A stretch of 55,734 nt of DNA, counting the filler, from Catajapyx aquilonaris (taxonomy: Eukaryota), in NCBI GenBank assembly GCA_000934665.2. It is 3 parts of 3 records of this genome, joined end to end, with 100 filler letters (N's around TTAATTAATTAA, not from the genome) between each part and the next. Parts side by side here need not be neighbours in the genome. Positions count along the whole stretch, not along the records: positions 1 to 18,488 come from KZ539579.1; positions 18,589 to 37,007 come from JYFJ02006702.1; 1 more part is not named here. One strand, 5' to 3'. Positions 11,647 to 22,460 of this stretch are shown here, one piece after another. Made by a program: the position numbers and the translations under genes. The notes under the pieces are model-generated. The model was not told the DNA's origin. It saw only the letters and a list, made by a program, of their open reading frames with translations, and did not search any database. Numbering within the stretch: the stretch's first letter is position 1; each line of letters begins with the position of its first letter.

Positions 11647-11767
11647 TTAGTCTCGTTTTACAACCCTGCTTTTCTGGAACTTAACCCCGTAGTAAAACGA
11701 GGTCTAATGTACTAATACCTCTTCAATATTATTGAACAGGGTCGCGTTATAATTATATCAATCTTTT

Positions 11768-12089
11768 AAGGGAGACGGAGTGGCGCCGCGGTAACGTGCG
11801 CGCCCACGGATGTTAAGGTCCCGGGTTCGATCCCAACCCGGGGACACCCCCTTCATCTCGTGCAGAGTTCTGGGGTCGTCTCTGGCTTCGTCTCGGGTGG
11901 TATATCCACAGACTAAACCACCCGGGGGAGTTCACAAAACGACCAAGCACAGCAACCGCACTGCACTTGCACATCCCCTCCTGTCATCCTGCCCGTGGGC
12001 CCGGGCGCTTCGAATATGGCACCAGCTTGTATACTTCGATTGAAATAAAGGTCCGTGCAAATACCCTCTGGGTGAGCACTAACCCAACA

Positions 12090-12122
<33 letters not shown>

Positions 12123-12126
12123 TATT
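11768..12126 (+). mobile_element. tRNA-derived SINE, family A, copy 2
   Basis: A box TGGCGCCGCGG, B box GGTTCGATCCC, (TTA)n tail; 16-bp TSD ATTATATCAATCTTTT at 11752-11767 and 12127-12142. Confidence 0.85.
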
Positions 12127-12532
12127 ATTATATCAATCTTTTCAAAGAAAACATACTGCATTACAAATAAAAATGGTACAAATATTTTCCACAAATAAAA
12201 CAACAACGAGAATTATGTTACTTGAGTTTTGTTTATATTAGTTTGGCTTTCTATTCTTAAGCCTAGTTCCAATAGTTCCTGAACGGCATTACTCCTGTGA
12301 AGAGAAAATCCGACACTGCTCTAACTGAAGTGGATGAAAATGAGCGTAAACACCTGCCTTGGTCTGCAGCACACGTCGCTGACTGTGAGCACAAAATAAC
12401 TTTACTTAACGTTCTTCCCTTGAAAGCTTTTGGTTTACAGTCCACCCTCTGGATTGAACACCACCAATATTTATTTGAGCCTCTCCTACGCCCTGTGGAT
12501 CAAACGAGCATTTTGCTTGCTCCACACACTAA

Positions 12533-12658
12533 GGGCCGGTTTCACCGAGCTCGGTATGTGATAAAACCACGTTTCTTTCGGAAAATCCCTACATATTTGT
12601 ATGGATTTTCTGAAAGAAGCCTGGTTTTACCATATACCGAGCTCGGTGAAATTGGCCC
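12533..12658. mobile_element. PIF/Harbinger MITE, copy 2
   Basis: Same TIR as 11517-11646, preceded by TAA; right TSD degenerate. Confidence 0.8.
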
Positions 12659-13151
12659 TTGGATAGTTCAGCCAGAAATCATGAAATTAAATTCATATTT
12701 AAGTCTGTTCGATAGATCATTTTATAAGCTGTCTGCATGTCTGCGCTTACTGCACTATGTTTTTCCTCAACTTTTGCATTGAAAAGTTATTTGGAAACAA
12801 TGGAAACCTGCTAATACGTCCCAATAATGATGTAGGCAGCAGTATGATAAGTGTTTCCATGTAAACATTCTTCGTGTTTTTTCCCCCTTCAATCGAGGCT
12901 TGTACTGTACAGTATGTTAGCTACTGTGGGCGGAATTAACCAATTTATTACTGAGGTAATAACATACTGTAGAGTTCATCATGAGAATATGCAATACCTA
13001 TGTATTCGAGCACACAGTATTATGAATTAAACGCATGTTTATAATATTATGCAGAATTGGTAGGTTATATATCCCCAAGGAAGATGTACAATAATTATTG
13101 TCCAGTATCTGACAGACAGAATTGTTTCATTTAATTAATATGCCTACTTAC

Positions 13152-13261
13152 CAGGGATGGAAAAAGAACCGCTTCTTTCCAAGAAGCGCTTCTTTTTTCC
13201 ATGTGCAGGGATGGAAAAAGAACCGCTTCCTCCCAAAGAAGCGGTTCTTTTTCCATCCCTG
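13152..13261. mobile_element. hAT-type MITE
   Basis: TIR CAGGGATGGAAAAAGAACCGCTTC; 8-bp TSD CTACTTAC at 13144-13151 and 13262-13269. Confidence 0.85.
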
Positions 13262-13293
13262 CTACTTACGCGTACATAACAGACCACGTACTA

Positions 13294-13743
13294 CACCATG
13301 TTAATGAAATAAGTGCGCGTTTTTTGAGGAATGATAGAGGGAACCGATACAAATATTTTTAACCTATAGGACGAACTGCCGGAAACGCCAGCTAGAGGGG
13401 GTTAATAGACGCGGAACGGGTGCGCTCAGACGCGTCACGCGGGGGGCGCTAGGAAAGAGGACTGTTTAGTTGCTAGATGGCGCGCGGATAGTAAACAACG
13501 GCATGATTCGCCATAACCTGGCAACGACAGAGGCGTTGTTTGCTATCCGCGCGCCATCTGGCAACTAAACAGTCCGCTCGCCTAGCGCCTCCCGCGTGAC
13601 GCGTCTTAGCGCACCCGTTCCGCGTCTATTAACCCCCTCTAGCTGGCGTTTCCGGCAGTTCGTCCTAGGTGAAAAATATTTATCTCGGTCCCCTCTGCTC
13701 TATCATTCCTCAAAAAACGCGTACTTATTTCATTAACACGGTG
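13294..13743. mobile_element. Tc1/mariner-type palindromic MITE
   Basis: TA|CACC(A/G)TGTTAATGAAATAAG...CTTATTTCATTAACACGGTG|TA; ~205-bp arms around a ~30-bp loop. Confidence 0.85.
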
Positions 13744-14604
13744 TATAACGAAAGAAACAGTTGACAGGTTTCTCTGACCTAGTCAATAAAGCTCGTTGTT
13801 ATCTCAATGGCATGGTGTTATCTTTGTTGAACTCATATGACCTCATTGCCGTGGAATTATATACCCATATGGGCTTTAACTTTTGTACTGTACTTATTAA
13901 AACCGTTATCCACCTGGGAGAAAATTCAAATAATCAGTAATATTTAAAAAAATAACTGCTACCAAAAGGGAGTCTCCTGGACTACTAGCCGCCATCCTAT
14001 ATTATTTATTACACGGTGAGAAAAAGCGTCACCTGGGATAAATCTCAGCTCTAGGTGTGCACACCACTTGAATAATCTCTTGACAATCTTCTCACTGGAA
14101 CCGGGTTGATTTTGTCAAGAGTGGGTTGGCCTAAATGAGTTGTGTAGTCACAAGTGTCACAAAGTGGCCTTCCCCCGTGATTGATGTGGGTAATAAAGAA
14201 GTCCCTGGTTACATCCCCGAGATGAAATGAGGATTCGGCTTGATCTCTCATTTTAACAAATATCAGGTGCCACAAGCCTCATTACGACGACCCCACCCTT
14301 GCGTGTGTAATTGCGCCGGGCGAGAATCAAGTGGATTAGCAGTCATTAGAATGGATGGAGTCAGCCTGAAAAAATAATTATTAAGAATGTAGTAGAAGCG
14401 AGGAGACCCGTTGCAGCTCATGATAATAGGTAACGTTTTCGGATGCCGAACAATACGTTATGCTTAACCTCCCGGATGACATTTCATTTTTTAGTGCATG
14501 TGCTGTAAAACCACCCACGTTTCCCATTGTTGTATTTTCATATTTCAAAAATTGTACACTTGCTATAACATGCACCAATATGGTCGTCGTTGTGTATTGT
14601 TACT

Positions 14605-14606
<2 letters not shown>

Positions 14607-14663
<57 letters not shown>
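14607..14663. repeat. (ATT)n microsatellite
   Basis: About 19 uninterrupted ATT units directly before the Helitron. Confidence 0.95.
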
Positions 14664-14664
<1 letters not shown>

Positions 14665-14665
<1 letters not shown>

Positions 14666-14964
14666 TAGCTGCGGCACCCGGCGTTGCCCGGGAAGAAATG
14701 AATGAAGGGAAAACACCTGCCAGTAGCCCCGTCAACTGTCTGTCGTTCTGTGTGTCCGCCCACCAATGCCATCTGTGGTCCTCCTACTCCAACCTCTCCC
14801 GCCTGTATAACGGCAACCGTCATTTGCCTGCCATCTGTAGTCAACCCCCAACACCTCCATCCTCTCCCGGCCTGGGGGTGGAGCACAGATGGTAGGCAAA
14901 TGACGGTTGGCAGGCGGACAGACAGACAGACAGACTGACTCACAAACGGCTTTATTTATATAGA
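14665..14964 (-). mobile_element. Non-autonomous Helitron
   Basis: Minus strand starts A|TC and ends CTAG|T, with GC hairpin CCCGGGCAACGCCGGG just upstream of the 3' end; internal (CTGT)n and a 25-bp IR; no TSD. Confidence 0.75.
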
Positions 14965-15054
14965 TTATTATTAAAGTACCACGAACAATGGTACTGGTGT
15001 AAGTGACTGTAACGGATAAGCAAATCATTGTGTACTGCCTTTTAACAGCAGGCC

Positions 15055-15202
15055 TAATGTACGAAAAACGAGAGAACGATCTGACGTCATCGTTTCTTCC
15101 ATTGTTGCTTTTTGTTGACACTGTTTACTCATATTGTTCTGTGAGAAGATTTCCATGGAAACTGTGATGACGTCAGATCGTTCTCTCATTTTCCGTAAAT
15201 TA
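15055..15202. mobile_element. Small MITE
   Basis: IR ...GAGAGAACGATCTGACGTCATC / GATGACGTCAGATCGTTCTCTC..., ~45 bp including degenerate ends. Confidence 0.6.
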
Positions 15203-15765
15203 TATACGGTATGGAATCGCTCATGTGGTGAAGGTAGGCCTAGTTAAATAAATTCTCAAACTTTCTTCTTACGCGCGAAATTCGTATATGGTGCAATTCA
15301 ATACACCATCATGATATATGTCGTGAATGTGGTGATTATAATTTATGATGATGATGACAGACTATAATTATGTCTAATTTTAATCGACAAAGGAAAAATT
15401 ACTATCTCCATGCAAAGTGAAGATATGTCTTGCAAAGTTGCAGCTAATCATGAAAACACGACTCTTTTCAAAATTTATTCATATCTTAAAAATATTTAAG
15501 TATTTTTTACAGAAAAAGATGTGTCCTATCATAACATGATTTCAAACCCTGGCGCAGAAACGTAATTAGTACGATATTAATTTTTGAATAGTAACAATAT
15601 TTGTTTTTACTCCATGGCTTCAACAATCGCCCTCCAGGTATTTGTCTAGGCAAAATGAAAGCATAAAAAGTGATTGAATAACTTAATAAGTAAGGGACCC
15701 CCCCGCCCAGAAGCGATTTTGTCCCTGTGCGCAATAATTTTTAGTGAACATTGTAGCAAATAATA

Positions 15766-16339
15766 CGAGGGCCGTACTAAAACGATTTACAATTTATTTC
15801 TTTGCCACAAATAGGCTACAGTGCCCATACAGGTCGGTAGATCTACACATATTATTGATACAATCCTCCTGGAGCCAAATGCACAGAAGTCATGGGTGTG
15901 GAATCTCTCCGTGCCCCCCAGGAACAACTTTTTGGAGTCAACTGCTTGCAGTCAACAAAGTCCTCGACATGGCGTCCGCGAAGATGTTTTTTCATGTCTC
16001 TGAACAGGTGAAAGTTACTGGGTGCCATGACACGGGTGAGTACGGCGGGTGTGGAAGCACCCAAACCCTGATCCAGGAAAAAAAACCCATCGCCGACGCC
16101 ATTTCGAGGACATTGTTTACAGTTGTTGACTGTGAGCAGTTGTCCGGTAGTGGGTGCGATGCGTCGCATCTCCAAAAAGTGGTTCCTGGAGGGCCTTGAG
16201 AGGTTGACACACCTGTGGTGGTACGGAATTCGGCTCCAGGAGGACTCTATCTATAATGCGTCACTATCTGCCAATCTGCATGGGCACTGTATTTGTGGCA
16301 AAAAAAAAATCAATGTAAATAATTTTAGTATGGCCCTCG
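15766..16339. mobile_element. Mariner-derived foldback MITE with transposase C-terminal remnants
   Basis: TA|CGAGGGCC(G/A)TACTAAAA...CCCTCG|TA; minus-strand LPHPPYSP + APSNFHLFRDMKKHLRGR (mariner YSPDLAPxDxHLF motif, frameshifted); plus-strand WFLEGLERLTHLW (mariner C-terminal helix). Confidence 0.85.
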
Positions 16340-18388
16340 TACATTATAATAATAAGTGAAATACGTCACAGGGTAAAGTACAGTGCGGGCGTCTACATTT
16401 GTCTAAGGCAAACGCTATTTGGCGTCTGTGTAATTATTGTTGGGTTTTCGACCTTACCTACCCCCTATACCTATAGACTTGTTTGGAATCAACACGATCC
16501 TGGAGGGAGATTGACCTGAGAAGTTCTGATTCGTAGAACCTTCTCCAAGACGTGACAGCTGATTTAAGTAGAGATTCCAGATGAGATATTACAATCACAA
16601 AATCCAGTCTCCATGATGTGGGGACAGAAAATGTATTATAAATTATAGTGCATGGATATTACCACAACTGAAATTTTTACTTATTTTCTATTTCAATTTG
16701 GTTACAAAATACTGCCTCATAGTGTCATATCGAACAAACCAATTGTAGCCTCTTTTATCCCACAAACATGGCAAACACCTGCAGTATTTTACTGATGTCA
16801 CCAACCAGATCTACCCATTATGCAACACATAAACAATAGAAAAATTGCTGGAAAGTGTGGGATAAAAAGTCTTTTCAGCCTCCTCCTTGGTTCACATCTC
16901 ATGGAATCATAGCAGGTGAAATCAGCATGTCGCCCACATGACTGAACTTGGGCTTTATAGGGTGACTCAGGGACAATAGCCGCCTTTATCCCCAGGCTTA
17001 GCATGTTTTGGAGCAAATAACTACGAAAAAAGAAGGATGACGCACGAGAGGAGTGGCAACAATGGGTTTCAAACGTGTTGCAAAACTATCAATATCATGT
17101 CATTCATGTGACTTATACTTTGTGTAAGCTGTAAGGAGAAGAGGCTGACAGGTAATGTCATGAAAGTATGGAACAAATTTAGAACACATGGAGCTTATCT
17201 ATAGCATGGTATGACTTGTGGCATCTTCGACGCATGTAGGAATTAAATACCATCACATTCAACTTATGAGAAACTTTTTAGGGGTGTATACGCCAAGTGA
17301 GAATATTGAAGTTTTTTTATTTTCAGTATCCGAAATTTGCAAGATACTGCATGCCATATTTTGTCGGCATAGTAGGAAGGTTTTAAGAAGTACTAATTGA
17401 AGTTTTTTTAAACTTTAATTGTGGACCTTCCTCTGACCTAATATAAGTTATAATATATTAACTGTAGAAAATTTCTGTAGCTCATTAATATTAATATATT
17501 TTACTGAATAATAAGTAAAAGATGAAGGGATACTGCTGGAAAGTTCTCATAATTAGTCATTTTGCTCACCCATATTCTAGAAGGTGGGCAGCTGCCTTAT
17601 TTCTCCTGCATATGAGCCCAAGGCACGAATATCATGCATATATTAATGTGCTTCAACCTTCAACCTTTGCAACAAAAATGCTGCTTTTTGCCGCGAGTGT
17701 CATTCTTTAGATGTTGTACTTAATTCTCACCAACTTAATTACTGCAATATGTTAGTATTGCTTGAAATAATAAAAAATACGTACGATTTTTACATGGGTT
17801 TTGCAAAATGTAGGCTAGGACCCCATTATATGATGTGCTCCATGGTCCTTGGTTCTTTCTGGTTAGCCAAGGGAACTTAATCTAGTAAAAAGAGCAATGT
17901 TACCACCTATTTAAGCAAATTCAGTTTAAATAAAATAGCAAGCGATGAAAGCGACTATCCTGCTGCAGTTATCTCGTCCCGTCGCAAAATAATTCACATG
18001 GAGCTCGTATGTAGGCCTATAGTCTCACCATATTAGAGGGAGAAGTATAGCAAGAAAAATTTGAGACATGTCCGGCCCCGAACGTGAAAATCTGAAAGTG
18101 GCATTATAAAGCACACCTTCACAACAGAAAGTTTTCCTTATGTTACAATATTGAACGCGTGCATCTGACAATATCAACCTCCGGCTATACGAACGTAACG
18201 GCGAAAATGGAATGGCATTCTTATAGGAAATAGGACATGCAGGGTTTTCTTATTGGAATATACCCTTAGCGTCCAAAATATTTTGGCCCTAACTTGCTTG
18301 TTTAAGCGGTTATGCTAACCCACATAGTAACGACCGTCGCTGCTGATAGTGACTATATACTGTAGTGTAGACCACTCTGTAGACAGTA

Positions 18389-18488
18389 CATTCTTAGCCC
18401 GGTCACCTTTATTAAAGGTGACGAAACTGCCTGTTTTGTCACCTTTATTTTAGAAGGGTACATGGCACCTTTAAAACAAAAGGTACCG
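18389..18488. mobile_element. Possible CMC/EnSpm terminus, cut by contig end
   Basis: CATTCTTAG start (cf. CACTCTTAG) followed by inverted GTCACCTTT / AAAGGTGAC / AAAGGTAC subterminal repeats. Confidence 0.35.
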
Positions 18489-18588
18489 NNNNNNNNNNNN
18501 NNNNNNNNNNNNNNNNNNNNNNNNNNNNNNNNTTAATTAATTAANNNNNNNNNNNNNNNNNNNNNNNNNNNNNNNNNNNNNNNNNNNN
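18489..18588. other. Artificial contig-joining spacer
   Basis: 44 N + TTAATTAATTAA (stops in all six frames) + 44 N = 100 nt; identical to 37008-37107. Confidence 0.95.
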
Positions 18589-18741
18589 GTCCCCCAGAAG
18601 GCTAGGTTGCCAAGACGCCTTCTAGGCGCAGGTCAGAGACCCACTGACGCAGGCAGAAGGGAACTCCCAGGTGGGGATCGAACCCGGGACCTTCTGCACA
18701 GCAAGCCGAGACGTTACGATCTTGGCCACCACGCTTTCCCC
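18589..18741 (-). mobile_element. tRNA-derived SINE, family B, copy 2 (3' part lost at contig end)
   Basis: Aligns to 4970-5130; head GTGGCCAAGATCG...GGTTCGATCCCC. Confidence 0.8.
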
Positions 18742-18997
18742 ATTAAACCTTATTTAAAGCAGCATACACTATGTAGGCCTACAGTACAGCAGTAGTTTGT
18801 TAAAAACTTGGGAGCAGCTAATTTTTACGGAGTTTAGGACCATTTTAGCATTATCCATATTATCTGATTCTCAGGGCACACCCTTGCATTCCTGAGCATG
18901 GATATAATCAGGAGTATGGTGTATTGTGTTATTATGCTTTCCATATGTGAAAGTAGTAGAGTAAAGAATGTTTGTACTCATGCATACACCAACTTAC

Positions 18998-19075
18998 TTC
19001 CTTGCTTCCACAGACCCTGCCAGCATCGCCACAGCATCCTGATTCCTGTCCATCTTGTCGCCTTAGGTGCACCGC
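18998..19075 (-). other. Putative isolated exon (possibly encoding MDRNQDAVAMLAGSVEAR...)
   Basis: GC-rich 78-nt island bounded by acceptor TTGCAG and donor GTAAGT; ATG at 19053 is open to the donor. Confidence 0.35.
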
Positions 19076-19134
19076 CTGCAATAAATAATTAAAATTCATA
19101 TTAAAGGGTGAAAGTGTAATGCAGACTGCAGAGG

Positions 19135-19249
19135 TAAGTAACACACCCAAACAAGGTATAAGTAACACACCCAAACAAGGTATACGTAACACACCCAAAC
19201 AAGGTATAAGTAACACACCCAAACAAGGTATAAGTAACACACTCAAACA
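19135..19249. repeat. 24-bp minisatellite, ~4.8 copies
   Basis: Unit TAAGTAACACACCCAAACAAGGTA. Confidence 0.95.
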
Positions 19250-20007
19250 TTTGTTCAATGAGGTTATGAAACAATATAAAGCAGTTACATCAGCGAGTCC
19301 AAACAAATGGCAACAAACTGGTCACCGGAAGTTCAGTCACCCTGACATTAGATTTACAGTGTCTGTTATGTCCCCAGGCCACATCTTCACTCCCCAATCC
19401 CCATGCTTGCACACATCTCATGCAATGCAAGATATTTTTGCCAGTTAGTGCATCCTAGTGGATTACATCTGGTTGAGATTAGGTCACATCTAAAGCATTG
19501 CTTCTTGCTTTGTTTCCCTAAAACTGTGGGATGAACTAATGTGCAAGGCAACATTATGAACACAAGGGGTATTATATTCTATTCTACACAGGTTTCACTG
19601 TATGAGATGGCTGGTCACAATGCACAGGGAACCATTTATGGCACCACAATACTTTGGAAAAAGAAAAAGAAACCATAGCATCTAAACAAAACTATTATCA
19701 GCCAAACATGACCCAAATAATTTTAAAATTACACGTTTCCCATTCCACATTTACTAACCTGAACCTAAGAAATTGAAATAAATGGCTCTTACCATGTAAA
19801 ATTTGAACCTCACTCACTGTTTTGTCTTCATAATTCTACATAATTATGTTACTTATCAAACTCAACTCTTGACATTATTAGCCAGACCATTTTGGAAAGC
19901 AGTCTCATCTGTTGGCTTAGCTGTGAGAATGCTCGCCTATAATATTATCAAGCAAGTAATGACATAAGTTTCCTCTCTACTGGGACCAAAACAGCATAGC
20001 TCCAGTG

Positions 20008-20273
20008 CAGACATCTCTATACAATATTCCAGGAGTCAACTTTGTCCAGGTGCCAAGTTTGCACTCCCGACATCCATCTGGAGTGCAAATAACATAATGG
20101 GAGTGCTTTAATTTTTAATTACTGGGTTTAGCAATGCTTGAAAGCAGGACCAACTGGAGTGCAAATTTGCACTCCAAGGCTCAGTTTGGAATGCAGATAA
20201 CAATTTTGGAGTGCCCATTGCACCTTTGCATCTGAATATTTCGACCCATAATATTAGTATAGAGAAGGCCCTG
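20008..20273. mobile_element. Degenerate MITE-like element
   Basis: Imperfect end IR (TCTCTATAC..ATATT) and internal GGAGTGCAAA / TTTGCACTCC repeats in both orientations. Confidence 0.35.
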
Positions 20274-21159
20274 TCCAGCAGCTTGTGATTTCGGGTTTGT
20301 GTGGCGCCTCAGGTTATTTATTAAAATTAATGTCTTGCTATTAAAGTATCAAACAGTATAAATGTCATATTGACAGCAATTTTACCCAGTCCAAGGTGTA
20401 ATCATGTTTATTTCCATTGTTAACCGTCAAATCAACTTCAACTCTGGTATCTGACTAACTCCATATCAACTCCTCTGTTTAGACGCACATGATTTTTTAA
20501 TATATATCTATCAAATTCTGAGATTGTCAACCCACCATCATAATTATTCCCGGGCTGGGCTAAAACATGGCGATTAGATATGGCTAAATTTTTTTTTTTC
20601 AAATTCCGCTATATTCAAGGTACAGTATTTTTTGATGATAATAACTTCAGTCATTATTGTCCTCCGTAAGATTAGTACCCAAAATAATAGGCTGCTACTT
20701 GTTTTTGAAAATTTATTGCTTTATATGAATATCCGATAGGTATGTATAACAAGTCATAGTCACAGGACATGCATTTGGTGTACAAACTGTCGCTGGTCTT
20801 TCAACATTTTGATTCATCCACCAAGCAGTATGGCAGTGATTGTCAATTAAATAAGCCACTGCAATCCTGCACAAGTGTAACAAAGTGACAAACATTACGT
20901 TGGGAAAGTACATATGAAATTAATAATGGCCATTAAAACTGCTTCAAAAAGTAAATTAGTGATCTCTTTTAACCTCAAGATTATCTCGTAAAAACTGAAC
21001 CATTCTTACACATTGCAAATTTCAACAGATTATAATGAGTTTCTTTTCAAACTCATTACATCCACCATAAGGGCCGTACTTTTTTTTTTAGTTCAAGTGC
21101 AACATGGAATTCTTAGAATTTGACGTTATACCTGTGAGTGATGTGTCAATCAGGTGGAA

Positions 21160-22460
21160 TCAGGGATGAGATACGCAAATTTGAAGCTTGCTGCTCACCG
21201 CCTGGAACTGTTCCAGAGCCTCTGCGCTCAGGTCCATGTTCCAGCACCCGTTGAGTTGGAGGTACTGGAGATTGCGGCACCTCCTCACCAGGTCTAGGAG
21301 AGAAGCGTTGGTGACCTGGGAGGTTCTCACCAAGCAGAAATGAGTCAGGAGAGAGCAGTTCATGGCAATGGCTGATATGCAATTGTCGTCCAGAGTTGAG
21401 CAACGAGTAAGGCTGAGTTTCTCAAGGCTGCCGACCACATTTGGCTTGGAGAAAAACCTCTGCAAACCTTGTGGAGTGCAGGAGCGGAAGTTTGCCAGGG
21501 TCAACCGACGGAGGTTGTGCAGTTTCCCAATCCCGTCTTCCAGGCCAGCATCAGTCAAGTACTGGCAGGATTGGATTTCCAGCTCTTCCAGCTGAGGGAA
21601 GCGTGCAAGGAGAAGGAAGGACTCCGGATCGGTGAAGAATTCAACCGTCAGTTTCCTCAGCTGGCCCCCCAGAATACAGGCCAGCACTTCCACTTCCCTG
21701 TCAGCGTTGTCCATGAGAAGGGACACTTCGGTGAGTTTCGGCCAGTCTTCCCCAGTGACCTTGTTCGATGGCGGAGGGACATATCCACCAAATATGGTTA
21801 TCTTTTCTAGCTCTCGACAGGAACTCAAAATGTCCAGTGTATTCCTCGAGTAATCCCCACACCAGTTGAAACTGCTCAGGGATATGTCCTGCAGTTCGCT
21901 GCACCTGTGTCGTAAAAATAAAAGTAATGAACTGACGACAAATGACACTTACAGCACCAAATCGACCCTCCTTTACTTACTCTTGTGCAATCAGTTCCAT
22001 CATATTCTGTGGCACCAACATATTTAAAAGGCTGAGACGTTTTAGGTGAGGAAGATTCTCGGCCACTACTTTCAGCAGCGAATCACCATCCTCTCTTTTC
22101 CAGTTCAGAAGAGTAACCGACGTCAGATGGGTCTTGTTGTTTATGATCACACGCACCGATTCCTCCCGAGTCAATCGCTGCCGGTTCAAAACTATTTTCT
22201 TCCTAAGACCCAGCCACTCCTTGGCCACCTTGAACCAATCTTTACACACCAGCGTGCTCCTGTAGCGGGATTTCACATCCAGGTACGAAAACACCTTTGC
22301 CTTCATCTCATCAGGCAGGTTGGCAAAGATCTTGACCCTGGCCTGCAATTGCAAAGAAATGGGTTAGGTATGTAAACAAGAAGCGTATGTAAACAAAGTA
22401 CCGTATATAAACATCATTTCAAGTACACGCATTTGCGACCATATGCAGCCCAGTTACCAT
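21160..22460 (-). CDS. F-box / leucine-rich-repeat protein (FBXL-type), ~369 aa
   Basis: Exons 22460-22458 (ATG only), 22342-21981, 21904-21160, all GT-AG and in frame. F-box LPDEMKAKVFSYLDVKSRYRSTLVCKDW; cysteine-containing LRRs (LEELEIQSCQYLTDAGL, LEKLSLTRCSTLDD, LQYLQLNGCWNM). Confidence 0.85.

Larger units (their letters stand above)
10406..11664. mobile_element. Large, nearly spacerless palindromic (foldback) element
   Basis: Degenerate inverted symmetry along the whole length (10406-10635 vs 11301-11664; 10668-10775 vs 11011-11135; 10776-10843 vs 10942-11010; 10855-10873 vs 10895-10913); axis ~10885; two insertions in the right arm. Confidence 0.75.

Noticed and set aside
12297..12782. 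161-aa ORF
   Set aside because: Reads through a Harbinger MITE; no domain; spurious.
14051..14275. GGRPLCDTCDY, resembling a zinc finger or LINE C-terminal knuckle
   Set aside because: Histidine ligands and context are missing; too short to assign.
16798..17016. KPGDKG and RRRLKRLFI, faint PIF/ISL2EU transposase-like motifs
   Set aside because: Too degenerate to support without an HMM search.
18533..18544. TTAATTAATTAA palindrome as a biological site
   Set aside because: Centred in N runs and repeated identically at 37052-37063; an assembly linker.
19119..19448. ORFs with repeated ISNTPKQG / LLIPCLGV peptides
   Set aside because: Translation of the 24-bp minisatellite.
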